DNA of 64,000 nucleotides from Azolla caroliniana (Eukaryota > Plantae > Polypodiophyta): NCBI GenBank assembly GCA_043228905.1, contig JBHGNT010000013.1, positions 12,772,001 through 12,836,000 on the forward strand. The letters run 5' to 3'. Made by a program: the position numbers and the translations under genes. Below, piece after piece: positions 1-11,574 of the stretch; within the stretch, counting starts at the first letter, position 1, and every line of letters begins with the position of its first letter. The notes under the pieces were generated by a model, which saw only the letters and a program-made list of their open reading frames with translations, made no database searches and was not told where the DNA came from.

Positions 1-210
1 CTTTTAAGGACTTGTATAAAAAGTGTTATGTAGGACATTTGTATGTATAGAGTGTTATTATTTTGAATTTAGTTTTTTATGTTGTTTTGCTCTCTCTGTC
101 TCTCCCGCTCTCTATCTGTGTGATTCAAGCTTCCATTAAACTGTGTGTACTCTTTCTGTTGCTATCCGGGTGAACCGGTTTGTCAAAGCTTCCGCATATT
201 AACTTTGACA
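1..210 (+). mobile_element. Probable 3' part of an LTR cut by the window edge
   Basis: TATA-like tgtataaaaa, a T/CT-rich U5-like tract, and an end at ...ctttgaca (210) with a complementary tgtcaaag at 181. No partner LTR is visible. Confidence 0.35.
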
Positions 211-370
211 GTCTTCACATTGTATACCATCCTTAGCCCTTCTTTGGCTCCATGGTGGAATAGTTTTTCTAGGCCTTCATTATACGAGAGGCTATGTCAA
301 CATAGAATACTACCCGAGATCACTTTGGCTCCTATAATTACATGAAGACACTAGCTGAGGCATCTACAAA

Positions 371-797
371 TGTTATGGAAAATGTTTTCTACACATGAGG
401 ATAAGAGTGTGAGGGTTAATTCAAAATATAAAGAATGGATGATTACTTTTAATCATGGGGATTAAGACAACCCTTTAAGGGTCAAGTATGAACTTGCCCA
501 GGGGTCTTAGGTCTAGCTATAAGTACGATGCTTAGCTAAACTCATTGGAAAATCAATCAATTATGTTGAGATTGTGATCTTGTGGGAATAGATTGTTGTG
601 GTGAGCATGTTCTAGTGCTAGGTACAACTCGAAGTCACTAATGAGTCACAATGGTATGGGACACCGTTCATGGCTTAGGTTTGTATCAATTCCTTTGCTT
701 GGGGGTGGTCAGGTGGATCAACACCTTGATTTCTCTCACTACCTCCTTATTTTCTTATCTAATTCCTTATTTTTGTTGTTCCCCTCTTAGAGAAACA
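371..797 (+). mobile_element. Diverged solo LTR of the element-A chromovirus family
   Basis: Starts tgttatgg and is colinear with LTR 16792-17250 (gataag(ag)tgtgagggttaa, gattacttttaatc..gggattaagacaaccc, ggtcaagt.tgaacttgcc, ggtatgggac.ccg, gggggtggt..ggtggatc). Ends ...aaca. No clear TSD. Confidence 0.75.
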
Positions 798-2842
798 CCT
801 TCGATGACTCTTCTTGAGTAATCGGGTGAAGGAATCGTGGTCGTGTAAGAGACTAGGGTAGGGTCGAGTAGGGGGCGTACTTTACACCTCCCTGTGTTGG
901 ACACACCGAGAATCAGCTACAACCGATTCGTACCCATAGCTTATAAAACGGATAACACAATCACAATAAAACTTAGATGAAACTGGCACATAGATGGAAC
1001 CAACCGTCTATGAAATTGATTACTGAATAGATGATACATTGGTATTACAAGTAAAGTTGGTGCCTCTCACTATAGATCTAAAACTTAGGCACTCTGTCTC
1101 CAATTAGGGATATCTCTCCTTCCTTGCTTTTGCTACTTCCTGCTTTATATTGCCTGCTTTCCTCTTGTTGCGCTTCCATTACTCTTTCATGATCCTCAAC
1201 CTTTATTCACGGATGCATGTATTTCAGTTACCTTCCCCTTCGGCTGATAGTGCTCGACTCTTTTCCTCTTTTCACACTTTACCGACTCGTTTCTTTTCAT
1301 ACTCATTCTTTAAGATTCTTTCCACATCTCGTGCCTTTTGTCCCATGGATAACAACTGGCATGCCTGTGGGACAGTGCCTTGCACATTGAACCCAAAACC
1401 AACCAAAACAATCGAAATCAAGAATATGAAAGAATCGAAAATGCTATGATACACTTATTCCTCCTCCAAAATTGTTGTGAGGCTCTCCACTTGCTCTAGC
1501 TTGTCGATTTACGCTCGGCCAACAATTCTAGCCCTCGGTTTGCCAATCCCGAAACGGCTTCTTGGGCTTCTTGGGCGTTGTCTGGTTGAGTTGCCTTCTC
1601 CTACTTTGACTCTTCTGGGTGGAGCTTGGCTGATAAACCTAGGTGGTGGTTTGCTTCTGGAACCACTCCCTTCTGCTTTGGCCTGTTCGGCCACCGGCTC
1701 TATCTCCGGGTAAAAAGGGCTAAGGGGAGAGAAAACCGTCAAAAACTAAGAAAGAAAGGGGCATAAAGGTTGATACCTTTTATATTCATCAATACATTTT
1801 CCCATGCCCACCAACATCTAGCTCCGAACCAACCCTCATTCTTCTTCTCCTCCCTCTCTTAACTTGATGAACTATGTCTTATTCGCTAACATCTAACATG
1901 GTGAACCCAAAAGTGTGCCTTCATTAAGTTGGGGAGAATATTTCACTACTTAGCATACACTTCATGTCTCACATTTGTTTATAGCATTGGCATTTGTGTA
2001 GCCGTCGAGGATGTTGGTCAATGATCACACTTCTCCCTCGCATCCACACCGTCGAGATGATGCATTGATCGATTAGGAGGGGGAGCACGAGGAGCACTTA
2101 CTTCACGCATTGATTATTGGCTAGGATCTGGCAAGTTTGGAATATTCTAAAAAAGATCCGTTGATAAGATCGGAGGCTTATTTCTCTTGAATGATAAAAA
2201 AACAAAATCTTATTGACATGGAAGATACAGTTACAGAATCACTTCCTAATGCGACGTTGGTCATGAGGATTGCCAATGGCGATGGTGTGTATAATATATT
2301 TGTCTTTCGTTTCTTTCAAGCTATGTCGGTTTCTCTGTGAATGAATGAATATTAAAGGAAAGCACATGTCACGTGAGAGAGATAGAAAAGCACAATAGAC
2401 AGGGGAAGGGAAGAATGTCTTCCTTTCAAAACAATGCAATGGCAAAGAGAGGGTATGGATGGTAAAGATAGCTTTAGTTGGGCTGTTAAAAAATTAAGGT
2501 TTGAGACATGTTATAGGTAAAAAAAAATGGAACAGTTGTTCAAATTTTATAAAAGTTTTCTAAAGCTGTAAAGAAGACATTCTCCCCTTGGTCTCGTGTT
2601 TGACCCACCCCCCAAGTCTCTCTCTAATGAGGATTACACAAACTTGAACCTCCTCCTCCTTCTTCATCTTCATCTTCATCTTCTTCTTCTTCCATCCTCA
2701 AGATGATCAGATCCACATACCCAACTATGTGTTACCACCACCACCACCACTCCCAACACTGAATTCAACTTCTTCTATTCCTCCTCCATGCCCTGGGCTG
2801 CAGCATTCCATCTCCATCTCCATCTCCATCTCCGGCCATCCG

Positions 2843-4882
2843 ATGGACGCGTTCCTTGGCGAGGTTCGCAGCATTGCGGTGCGAGTGGGAAGGGAGAAAA
2901 ATCTGTATAAGAACAACCTCAACATCCTTTGGCTCCATGGCAGCATGTGCGGCCTCATCGTGTCCGCCTACGGCCGCGTCCACAACCACCTCTCCAAATG
3001 CCTCAAGCCGCCCTCGATGATGATCACCGACGACATGTTTTCCGCCGCCTTGAAACCTGCGGCCGACAACCTCGTGGCGGTGATGATGGCCGGGGTGCGA
3101 TTCGTAGACTGGTGCAAATGCGAGGGCCATGGCCTCCTCCACCATGACCAAGAGCTGCAGTGGATGCAGAAAGCTCTCTATGGTGGGCTCTCCTCGGAAC
3201 CGATCGACATCCACATGCATAACTTCTTGTTAGCCATGTGCACCCTCGGCGATTCGATCCGTAGCCTCGCTTCTGCAGGTCAAGATGCCCACCATGATGC
3301 CCTTCAAGATCCAGATGCATTTTGGAAGAATGGAGATTCAGCCACATATCCTGCCTACATCCTCATCGATGCAGTGGAACTCGAAAAAGCACGGAATGAT
3401 GATCTTCGAGAAATCGAGAATTATCTGGAGAGGATAATCAGCAGGATTGGTTCTCAATCTCAGGCCTCACCTAGCGATGGAGATCATATCAAGTGGGATC
3501 TGGCTAACCTTTTGCTACAAAAGCTTAAACATCATGAAGGTCCAGAGGGAAGCTCCCCTTTCAGCACGCCAGAAATGCCAGGTGTAACTCGCTCAGATGT
3601 GCCAGGTATAATTTACACAGATGGTTCATCTGCAGAATGTTTTCGAAAACTGCCAGAGATTTTGGAAGCACTGTATCTTAACGATTATGTGGCTGTGCAT
3701 AAAGTTCGGTGGAGCCCTGCAGGTTCTGATAAAATCTTTGCCCAGAAACGTCTGAGCCTGGTGGAGAAATACGGATTTGCATCGGAAGCACTCATCCATC
3801 TCCGTCTACATCATCCTAACATCGTCCAATGCCTGTGTGCCTTCGTTGATGACAGGGAATCTGGGTACATTCTCATGGAGCACATGGACATGAACCTTAC
3901 TCGCTACATAAATGCTCGAGGCCCCAACAGGATGAGCTTGGCAGAGCAAATCCATGTCATGCTTCAGATCGCCAAAGGCATGCAGTACCTCCACACCAAA
4001 GAAATCATCTACCGCGATCTCAAGCCAGAGAATGTGCTTATCACTGACAGCCGGGTCATGGCTGCGCAGTCTGCCAACACATCAGGCCCCCCACCAGTGC
4101 AGCGACCAGAATTGTGTGAGTCAATCCAGGTCAAGGTTGCAGATTTCAACTTTGCGAAGACCATCAAGAACCCCATATATCCGGGCTCTCTCGAAACAGG
4201 AACAAATAAGGTGGGCACTGCATTCTACCGAGCACCGGAGGTCATGAAAGACCGAGAACGGCTTAAGTACAGTAAAGAAGTGGATGTGTACAGCTTCGGT
4301 GCGGTGTGTTTCATGATGTTCTTGATCGGGTCGGATGCATTCGAGGAGGGGAAAATCACACTGGAGAGGATTCAGAACAGGAGGCGGAGCTCACGCCCAT
4401 TGAATGAGTTGAGGGGGAAATGCCCATTGTACCTGCAGAGATGCATAGAGTCGTGGTTGAATCCAAATCCCACGGCAAGGCCGAGTTTCAAAGACATATG
4501 TAGAGTGCTGAGGCACCTATATTCAGTGGTGGTGCGATCGAGATCAGAGCCGTTACCGCCCTTCCTGAGTGAGCCAGTGGATGAAAATACATGGAGATGG
4601 GTGCAGGAGAAGTTAATGCTAGAGATGAGGAAATTGGAGATGTTCAAGAAGGCAAAGGGGTGGAGTACCCACAGCTCAGTGATTGAGATCCCTTATGAGA
4701 TGCACCTCATGAATTTCATCGAGGGCCTTCTCAGTGGACGTGGACACTTGGGCAGCAACCAGCCAGAGATCCCCACTGATGCCACTGAACATAATAAATC
4801 CGGGCTTCTGGGTTGCTTCCTGTCTTGTTTCCAGTTCTGCACATCGAAAACCCCCATTCCAAGTGCCGCACAGGCTATATAG
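2843..4882 (+). CDS. Plant MLKL-like protein: DUF1221/HeLo-like N-terminal domain plus TKL-type protein kinase (paralogue 1, intronless, 679 aa from first in-frame ATG)
   Basis: Single ORF; the ORF track starts at GTG 2729 but the first ATG is 2843 (MDAFLGEV). Kinase motifs FAQK, HPNIV, YRDLKPEN, ADFN, GTAFYRAPE, DVYSFG, RPSF. N-terminal motifs (CGLIVSAY, ALKPAADNLVAVMMAGVRFVDWC, WMQKAL, IHMHNFL, DLANLLLQKL) and C-terminal ICRVLR/EIPYEM resemble Arabidopsis DUF1221 kinases as recalled. Confidence 0.88.
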   Translation: MDAFLGEVRSIAVRVGREKNLYKNNLNILWLHGSMCGLIVSAYGRVHNHLSKCLKPPSMMITDDMFSAALKPAADNLVAVMMAGVRFVDWCKCEGHGLLHHDQELQWMQKALYGGLSSEPIDIHMHNFLLAMCTLGDSIRSLASAGQDAHHDALQDPDAFWKNGDSATYPAYILIDAVELEKARNDDLREIENYLERIISRIGSQSQASPSDGDHIKWDLANLLLQKLKHHEGPEGSSPFSTPEMPGVTRSDVPGIIYTDGSSAECFRKLPEILEALYLNDYVAVHKVRWSPAGSDKIFAQKRLSLVEKYGFASEALIHLRLHHPNIVQCLCAFVDDRESGYILMEHMDMNLTRYINARGPNRMSLAEQIHVMLQIAKGMQYLHTKEIIYRDLKPENVLITDSRVMAAQSANTSGPPPVQRPELCESIQVKVADFNFAKTIKNPIYPGSLETGTNKVGTAFYRAPEVMKDRERLKYSKEVDVYSFGAVCFMMFLIGSDAFEEGKITLERIQNRRRSSRPLNELRGKCPLYLQRCIESWLNPNPTARPSFKDICRVLRHLYSVVVRSRSEPLPPFLSEPVDENTWRWVQEKLMLEMRKLEMFKKAKGWSTHSSVIEIPYEMHLMNFIEGLLSGRGHLGSNQPEIPTDATEHNKSGLLGCFLSCFQFCTSKTPIPSAAQAI

Positions 4883-6769
4883 TCAAAAGAATCCATTTGT
4901 GGTTGGAGAGCTCTCTGACGATTATGCGTGCGGACAAACAAACCGCATCACTTACTTGAAGACTCTGTATATTATATGCGGGGGATGGCATTGTCATTCT
5001 TCTAGGTACCCAATTGGAGCTGAGATAACCATAACTCGTGGAGTGAAGACCCCGGAAACAAACATGGAGGACATGAGAGGAGGTGCTGTCAGAGTTATGG
5101 GGAGAGAGACACTGAATTTGACGAATGAGGGGCATGTTACTAGAGTTATTACTGCTGAATCCAGGGTTTTGGGTCGCATCATTTGTTGATTCGTCTTCGG
5201 TGTGTAGACATAGTCAAAATCATATGCTTGAGCTCTCCAACGGGTAAGAAGTCGATTACGAGGACACCTTGATAATAAGCTGAATCAATAACTAGAGCAA
5301 ATTCCTGCAGATGAGACATCAATTACTAGAACAAATTCATACGAAAACTATGTATATGTATACAATATACACATTGTAACATCATTGCTTGAAATCTCCG
5401 GTTGGAACACTTTATTTCATTCTTTAATTATGGTTGAGTTTAACCAAAAATGAAGAAGTATGACATATCTACAGTTTTCGATCGCTGTGTCTAAGTTGCC
5501 CCAAGGATATTGCGCCTAGAGCTTGGAGGTTGCACAATAATACAGTTTTTCTTCAAAGAAATTGGTTTTCATTAAAAGTTTCCCACTTTTACACGTACTC
5601 AAGATACACTGCTTCACAAGAAGCTTGGAGGTTGTTCAATAATACATTTCTTCTTCAAGGAAATGAGTTTAAGAATTGAATAATAAGTCAATTAATGATA
5701 TGGCTTGATCAGCCTCGATATCGTATTTTCTTAAACTGGTTAAAGAAATCTGTTTTCATTAACGATTTTCCTACTCTTACCCGTATTCAAGATACAATGA
5801 TTCTCAGTGGATGTGATGCTTAACCAGGTAAATCTCAGATATTGCTCCATAAAAGGGGTAGGTCCAAAGTCTACAATGGAAGGAACAAAGTATGACAAAT
5901 AAGAAATTTTCCTCAACTTTCTACTTCGTGTATAAATGGAAGGAGTCAAATTACTGTTAAAAAGGTTTAATCGAGACGAATTTCATGATCCAGGTCATAA
6001 ATTCATCGTCTTACTTGGCATATGCTAATCCAATCATTGTCCTTTGTACAGACAATTATATTGATCAACGCCCAACCTGCTTCAAAACTCCATGGAACAC
6101 CAAAATATAAAAATTAAGGCCCTTAGGTTTGTGTCTAAATTTTATTAGTCGTTAGATGGTTCATTAGTGTATCCAAAATCAACCAATGAATTGTACATGG
6201 TTAATCGTGACTAATAAACAGGGAAACTTGATAAGTAGTAATGAATGCATGCATCAATAACTTACTGTGTTGGAGGATTATGATCTAGATCATAATGAAG
6301 AGAAATAATGATGATTTGTGTCAGGGTCTTCTTAATTGGTATGTGGCTTCAACTAGTGTATTATGATCTCCTGAATGGACATCCTTCCAGCATGCTCTGA
6401 ATCTTAACTCGGTATTGAATGTTAAAGCTAGCAATTTCTGAACATACAATGTGTTTAGAACCCTATATTAGTACAAAATGATCTGAATCTTAGAGCAGTG
6501 TTAATTCTCAAAGACATCGTGAACCATAGAGATAATAAATTGGATGCTTTTAGTAACAAAAAGGAGATTTTTAAAAGAACTTTAAAGTTGAGTATAGTAT
6601 CGCATCATAACATATTAATCCAAAACATAGATAAAAGTTTTCCTAAAAACCAAAAGCTAAGACTTATCTACAATCAAAAACTCCAGAAGAATGAACCTGG
6701 TATCCTCTTTTGCAGATGATACAGCATCACATACATAATATTGTTACAGAATCACAGATCACAAAAACA

Positions 6770-7115
6770 TAAGTTAAATCCCAAATCTTCTTCTCTATGG
6801 CTTATCTATGTCCAAAACTCACCAGTTCACACAGATGTGACATCAAATACATCCAAAAATCCCAAATTTAAATAGATATGGCTTCATAAACATCCAAACC
6901 TCACCATTTCACATAGGTATGCCATTACAAACATCCAAGGTTTACCATCTCAAATACATAATATGGCATCATAGACACACCGAAGCTTATGATTTCTCAA
7001 AGATAAAACATGAGAAACATCCAAATGTCATCATTTCACATAGATATGGCATACCAGACATCTAAAGCTCACTATTTCACATAAATGCAACATCAGACAA
7101 ATCCAAACATCACCC
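6770..7115. repeat. Degenerate ~41-bp minisatellite
   Basis: Recurring acatccaaa...atttcacatagatatggc core at about 6849, 6890, 6931, 7018, 7059 and 7100. Confidence 0.65.
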
Positions 7116-9203
7116 ACAGCTAAGATGATCATCTAAAATAAAAACAAAAACAAAAACACAAAAAGATCATAGCTCCGCATACCTTAATTGTTAGTGCGAA
7201 TGATGCTAAAGACAACATGTGGGAGAGGTTGTTTTCAAGTTTGCCTTTGGGAAGCTTGACAAGGTTGACTTCTCTCTTTGGGCAAGCATCATAGGTGTTG
7301 TTCGGAAGCATCTACAGCGGATAAAAAGACACTGCGATGCACAATGACAGCGTTAACTGAATTGGTAATGACTGAGAGCTCTTCATGTTGCTACACACTT
7401 TAGTGCTTGACAGGCCTTGTTGTTGTTGATTCTAGTAATGGTTAGAGTGGGTTTGTTAGTGTAGATTATGTCGGCCTATCAATGAGTAGCAAGAGCGTTC
7501 TGTCATGGGTTCTTGTTCTGACTTTATCCTAGAAGACATGTTGCTTCTTCTAATACTCAGTATGCATCCATCCCTTGGAATGCGAAGTTTCTGATTTGAC
7601 CAACACATTTTCCTTGTATTCCTCTGTCCCAATGCTATTAAATGGATCCTGACACATAATTATCGAAGCAAAATCCTAACAAATTAAGGAATGTCTATTT
7701 GCCTCAAACGACATATTTTTTTGATACATTGATATCTTTGATCCATGTGGAGTAATGAAAGAAATAATAGTAGAGATCCAGACTCGCTAAGAAATGATAC
7801 ATCCAAATCTGATGACTGAACAAACCATTTGTGTAGCTTGGATTTAGAAGTTCTACTGTGAAAGTGTAATCACATTGATCTCATCAACACTTTACCATCA
7901 CATTGCACTTTCCATACGCATTGAATGTACACTAAACCACACACACACACACACAGCATCAAAAATACAAACCTCAAATCTATTACAAATACTCCTCATT
8001 TACAATAGAGGTGCTCAGACACATTTCACCCCACATACCACATATTAACACACACAAAATGCACATTTACAAGTGCTCACCCGTGCAAACTGAGAAGGGA
8101 AAAACCATGTGCCTTTTAATGCTTGTAGAAATGAGCTCTCCCCTTATAAGGCTCCTCACTAGATTTTTTTCTCATTGCTATGTCCCATTTCTTAATGTCC
8201 AAAATCCATTGAACCCCCAAAACCTATCGATAATGATGGTGCTACCGACACCAATGTCCAATATGGACTATGTTGCCAACACCATTGGTCGTCACGAATA
8301 GATGGAATCACTGGAATATTCAGGATCTCAAATGATTGAAGAGTAAATGTGATGTGGGAGGATAATGGATGAAGAATGTACTATGAAGTTGTTGGTAAAG
8401 TAGTAGTCTCGAGATGTAGACATTAGGAGTGCATTACAATTTGAAAGGAAAAATTAGACATTTGCTTCTCAAAGTTTTCATCTGTGTCTTAATGAACATC
8501 AGCTTTGTTGTATTTGTTATATTATTTGGCCGAAACCCTCGTTTCAGTTAGTTGTTTTACTGCAATGCCATTGCACTAACAGTGTTCTAAACCTCTAGTA
8601 CTGTATATATGTGTTTTAGATTCTCCAACTTCAAGATTTCCTATCAAATCTAAGGCATCAAAATTGACAAATACACAAGGTCAATGACACCAAACTCCCA
8701 TTGTTTGTTGTTAAGGCATGTCCAATTGGTTTGACCAATTGGTTGATCCTTGTGCAATTGTATCGCAATCATATGAGCATTTTTTTCTCCATTTTGGAAT
8801 CTACTTTTATGTGCATGTGATGTCTGAAATATGGCTGATCTGAGAAATGCGTTATGTATCCTTACCTTGATAGCTCCAGTGACCAAGAATTTTCCTTCAT
8901 TAGCATAATAAATAATGCCTGGACATAAATCACACGGTGTAGTATTGCACGACAGAAACAGAAGGATAGAGTAATAATTAACAATAGCGCACATCTATGA
9001 CAATATATGACAAGTTAACCCATAGCCTGTAATTTGGATGCTACAAAATTATGTTAGATTCCTTCCTCCTCACAGACAAAATCAACCACTGACGGTGATG
9101 AAAGCCATATACATCAAGAAATAATTTGAATGGTCATGAGAGTAAAGTTGGTCTGTATATGGATGTGTTTGAATTCATGTGAGATTATACAATGTTACTT
9201 AAA

Positions 9204-11570
9204 TTAACTTAGCTGTACTTTGGGGATAGGGGCTTCTGACATACAAAACCCAAAAAAGGACTTGAAGCAACCCAAAACTCCAGATTTCTTTTTATTATTA
9301 TTTCTATTGGGAGGATTGACTACAGCGCCATGGGCACGGGCACGGGCACGGGTGGTGCTTCTCTCGTGAATGTGTCGATGGAGCGCTTTCTCTAGATAGG
9401 TCATGACAAGCATCTCGTAGGGGATCTCATTCACTGAGGTATGGGTACACAAATAGGAGTTGGCTCTCGACCTTTCATCTTCACGGAATCTCTGCATCTC
9501 GCTCCTCGCTTTAGCTTGCACATGCAACCATACCTCCATATCCACCCACTCGGTCAGGAAGGCCGGTAGCTCTACTGTCCGTCTCTCGGCCAAAACTAAT
9601 CCCGGGCCACTGCATTGCACCACCACGGCATGTAGGTGCCTCAACACCCTACATATCTCTTTGAAGGTTGGCCTCTTCTCCGCCACTGGATCCCACCATG
9701 CCTCTATGCACCTCTGCAGATATTGTGGGCACCTGTCACCCAATTCCACCGAGAGATCTGGCCTCTTCCCTTTGCGGATCAAGGTCACCCTCTGGAAATT
9801 CCCCTCAAATGGCTCTGACCCTGATAGGAGCTTGAAGCACACCATAGCAAAGCTAAAGACGTCAACTGATGTGCCATAGATCTTCTCTTCGTCCGTCATC
9901 ACTTCTGGAGCCCTGTAGATGGAGGTTCCCACTTGTTTCGTGAAGGTCATATCCGATACAGCAGGATTTTGGATGGGTTTGGCGATGCTAAAGTCTGCGA
10001 TCTTGATCTGCAATTCATACAAACTAGTACTTGGGGCTGTTGGAGAATCATTGATTAGCACATTCTCTGGCTTGAGATCGCGGTGGATGATTCCTTTGGA
10101 GTGGAGGAACTCCATGCCTTTGGCAATCTCGAGCATGATATGTATTTTCTCCGCAAGTGTCAGGTTGGTCGAGCCACGAGCTTCTATGTGTTGAGCTAGA
10201 TTCTTGTCCATAAGCTCCAGGAGAAGGCAACTCGATTTCTTGTCTTCATCTCTGAAAGCGCACAAGCATTGGACGATGTTTGGGTGATATTGCAGACGAA
10301 GGTGGATAGGTGCTTCGAGTTCAAAACAATGCTGTGCACCTCCCCAGAAGCGCTTGAGGGCAAACATTTTATCAGGACCCGCAGGCCTCCATTGAACTTT
10401 ATACACCTCCACAATCTGTCCGATGTTTATATCAGAGTTAGGCAAAGGATGAATCCTCTCCAGAATCTCAACCTCTCGGAGATCTGCAAAGAATCCATCG
10501 GTGAGAACAGGATATGAAATTCCACTCATCATTGCTGGAGTGGTGCCGTCTGGATCTTCGCGTTGGGCATCGGTTGCCGCCTCCACTGTCTGTCTCCCCG
10601 AAGTGAATCGATCTACCATTCTCTGAAATGATTCATGATCTGAAAGCTTTTCTTGAAGAAGTATGGCTAGCTCTGGCTTGAAATCGTCACCTCGGGATGC
10701 TGTATTGGAGGTGATTCGTAGCAGATCCGCGCCCATTTTGTTTATGTCTTCATTTCGTGCACGGTCGAGGCCATCTCCCTTCAGCACCAAGTGTACTGAG
10801 CCATCCTCATCTGTCTGGTTCCAGAATTGGTTGAGGAGATCTTGTTGAATCTGCTGCCTAACGAATAATTGGGCTGCCTCCGATACGGAAGTAGAAAGCA
10901 CCCCGTTGACCGCACTGCCGAGGGTACACATAGCCAGCAAGAAGTTGTGCAGATGGGTGTCGGCTGCTTCGGTGGAAAGCCCGGCACACAGAGCTTTCTG
11001 CATCCACACAATCTCGTGATCCCAGTTCTTGCTTTTCTCGCATTTGCACCACTCCACGAAGCGTTCCCCCTCCATCATTACAGCCACAAGGTTATTGAGG
11101 GAAGGTTGCAGGGCGGAGAAGAGCAGGGAGGGGTCAATCAGGAATTCATGCTCGCAGCGTGCGATTAGAATGGAGAGCCTGGGTCGGATAAGGCTGTAGG
11201 CAGACACGATCTCCTTACACATGCTTCCATGGAGCCAAACAGTGGTAGAGTTATCGGGCGTCAGGTTTCTATTCCGCCCCACACGCTGAGCGATCCGGCT
11301 AACCTCGCTGAGGAAGGAGTCGAGGTCGGTGAAGGCGGGTGTGGCAGGCATGGCTGGGCGCCGCTGAGCCTGAGCCTGAGCCTGAGGTCGCGAATTATTC
11401 TGTGCGGCGCTGTAGAAGAGATTAGGGTTGAGCGATGGCGATGGCGATGGCGATGCATGATGAGATGGGCCGGATCCCTGATGATCTTCCTGAGAATGGG
11501 AGTAAGACGATGAAGCAGACATGGTATGTATACTTATGGTCTGCATCCCCCCTCCCACCTCATCATACAT
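9204..11570 (-). CDS. Plant MLKL-like protein: DUF1221/HeLo-like domain plus protein kinase (paralogue 2, intronless, up to 788 aa)
   Basis: ORF colinear with paralogue 1 (WLHGSMC, NLVAVMM, WCKCE, WMQKAL, HNFLLAMCTLG, EIPYEM, SG.LGCF). Kinase motifs FALK, HPNIV, HRDLKPEN, ADFS, GTSIYRAPE, DVFSFA, RPTF. The start is uncertain among several ATGs. Confidence 0.9.
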   Translation of the reverse strand: MYDEVGGGMQTISIHTMSASSSYSHSQEDHQGSGPSHHASPSPSPSLNPNLFYSAAQNNSRPQAQAQAQRRPAMPATPAFTDLDSFLSEVSRIAQRVGRNRNLTPDNSTTVWLHGSMCKEIVSAYSLIRPRLSILIARCEHEFLIDPSLLFSALQPSLNNLVAVMMEGERFVEWCKCEKSKNWDHEIVWMQKALCAGLSTEAADTHLHNFLLAMCTLGSAVNGVLSTSVSEAAQLFVRQQIQQDLLNQFWNQTDEDGSVHLVLKGDGLDRARNEDINKMGADLLRITSNTASRGDDFKPELAILLQEKLSDHESFQRMVDRFTSGRQTVEAATDAQREDPDGTTPAMMSGISYPVLTDGFFADLREVEILERIHPLPNSDINIGQIVEVYKVQWRPAGPDKMFALKRFWGGAQHCFELEAPIHLRLQYHPNIVQCLCAFRDEDKKSSCLLLELMDKNLAQHIEARGSTNLTLAEKIHIMLEIAKGMEFLHSKGIIHRDLKPENVLINDSPTAPSTSLYELQIKIADFSIAKPIQNPAVSDMTFTKQVGTSIYRAPEVMTDEEKIYGTSVDVFSFAMVCFKLLSGSEPFEGNFQRVTLIRKGKRPDLSVELGDRCPQYLQRCIEAWWDPVAEKRPTFKEICRVLRHLHAVVVQCSGPGLVLAERRTVELPAFLTEWVDMEVWLHVQAKARSEMQRFREDERSRANSYLCTHTSVNEIPYEMLVMTYLEKALHRHIHERSTTRARARAHGAVVNPPNRNNNKKKSGVLGCFKSFFGFCMSEAPIPKVQLS

Positions 11571-11574
11571 ATGT

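Noticed and set aside
2729-2842. GTG-initiated N-terminal extension of kinase 1
   Set aside because: Non-ATG start in a eukaryote and low-complexity sequence. ATG 2843 coincides with the start of the conserved domain. An upstream exon cannot be excluded.
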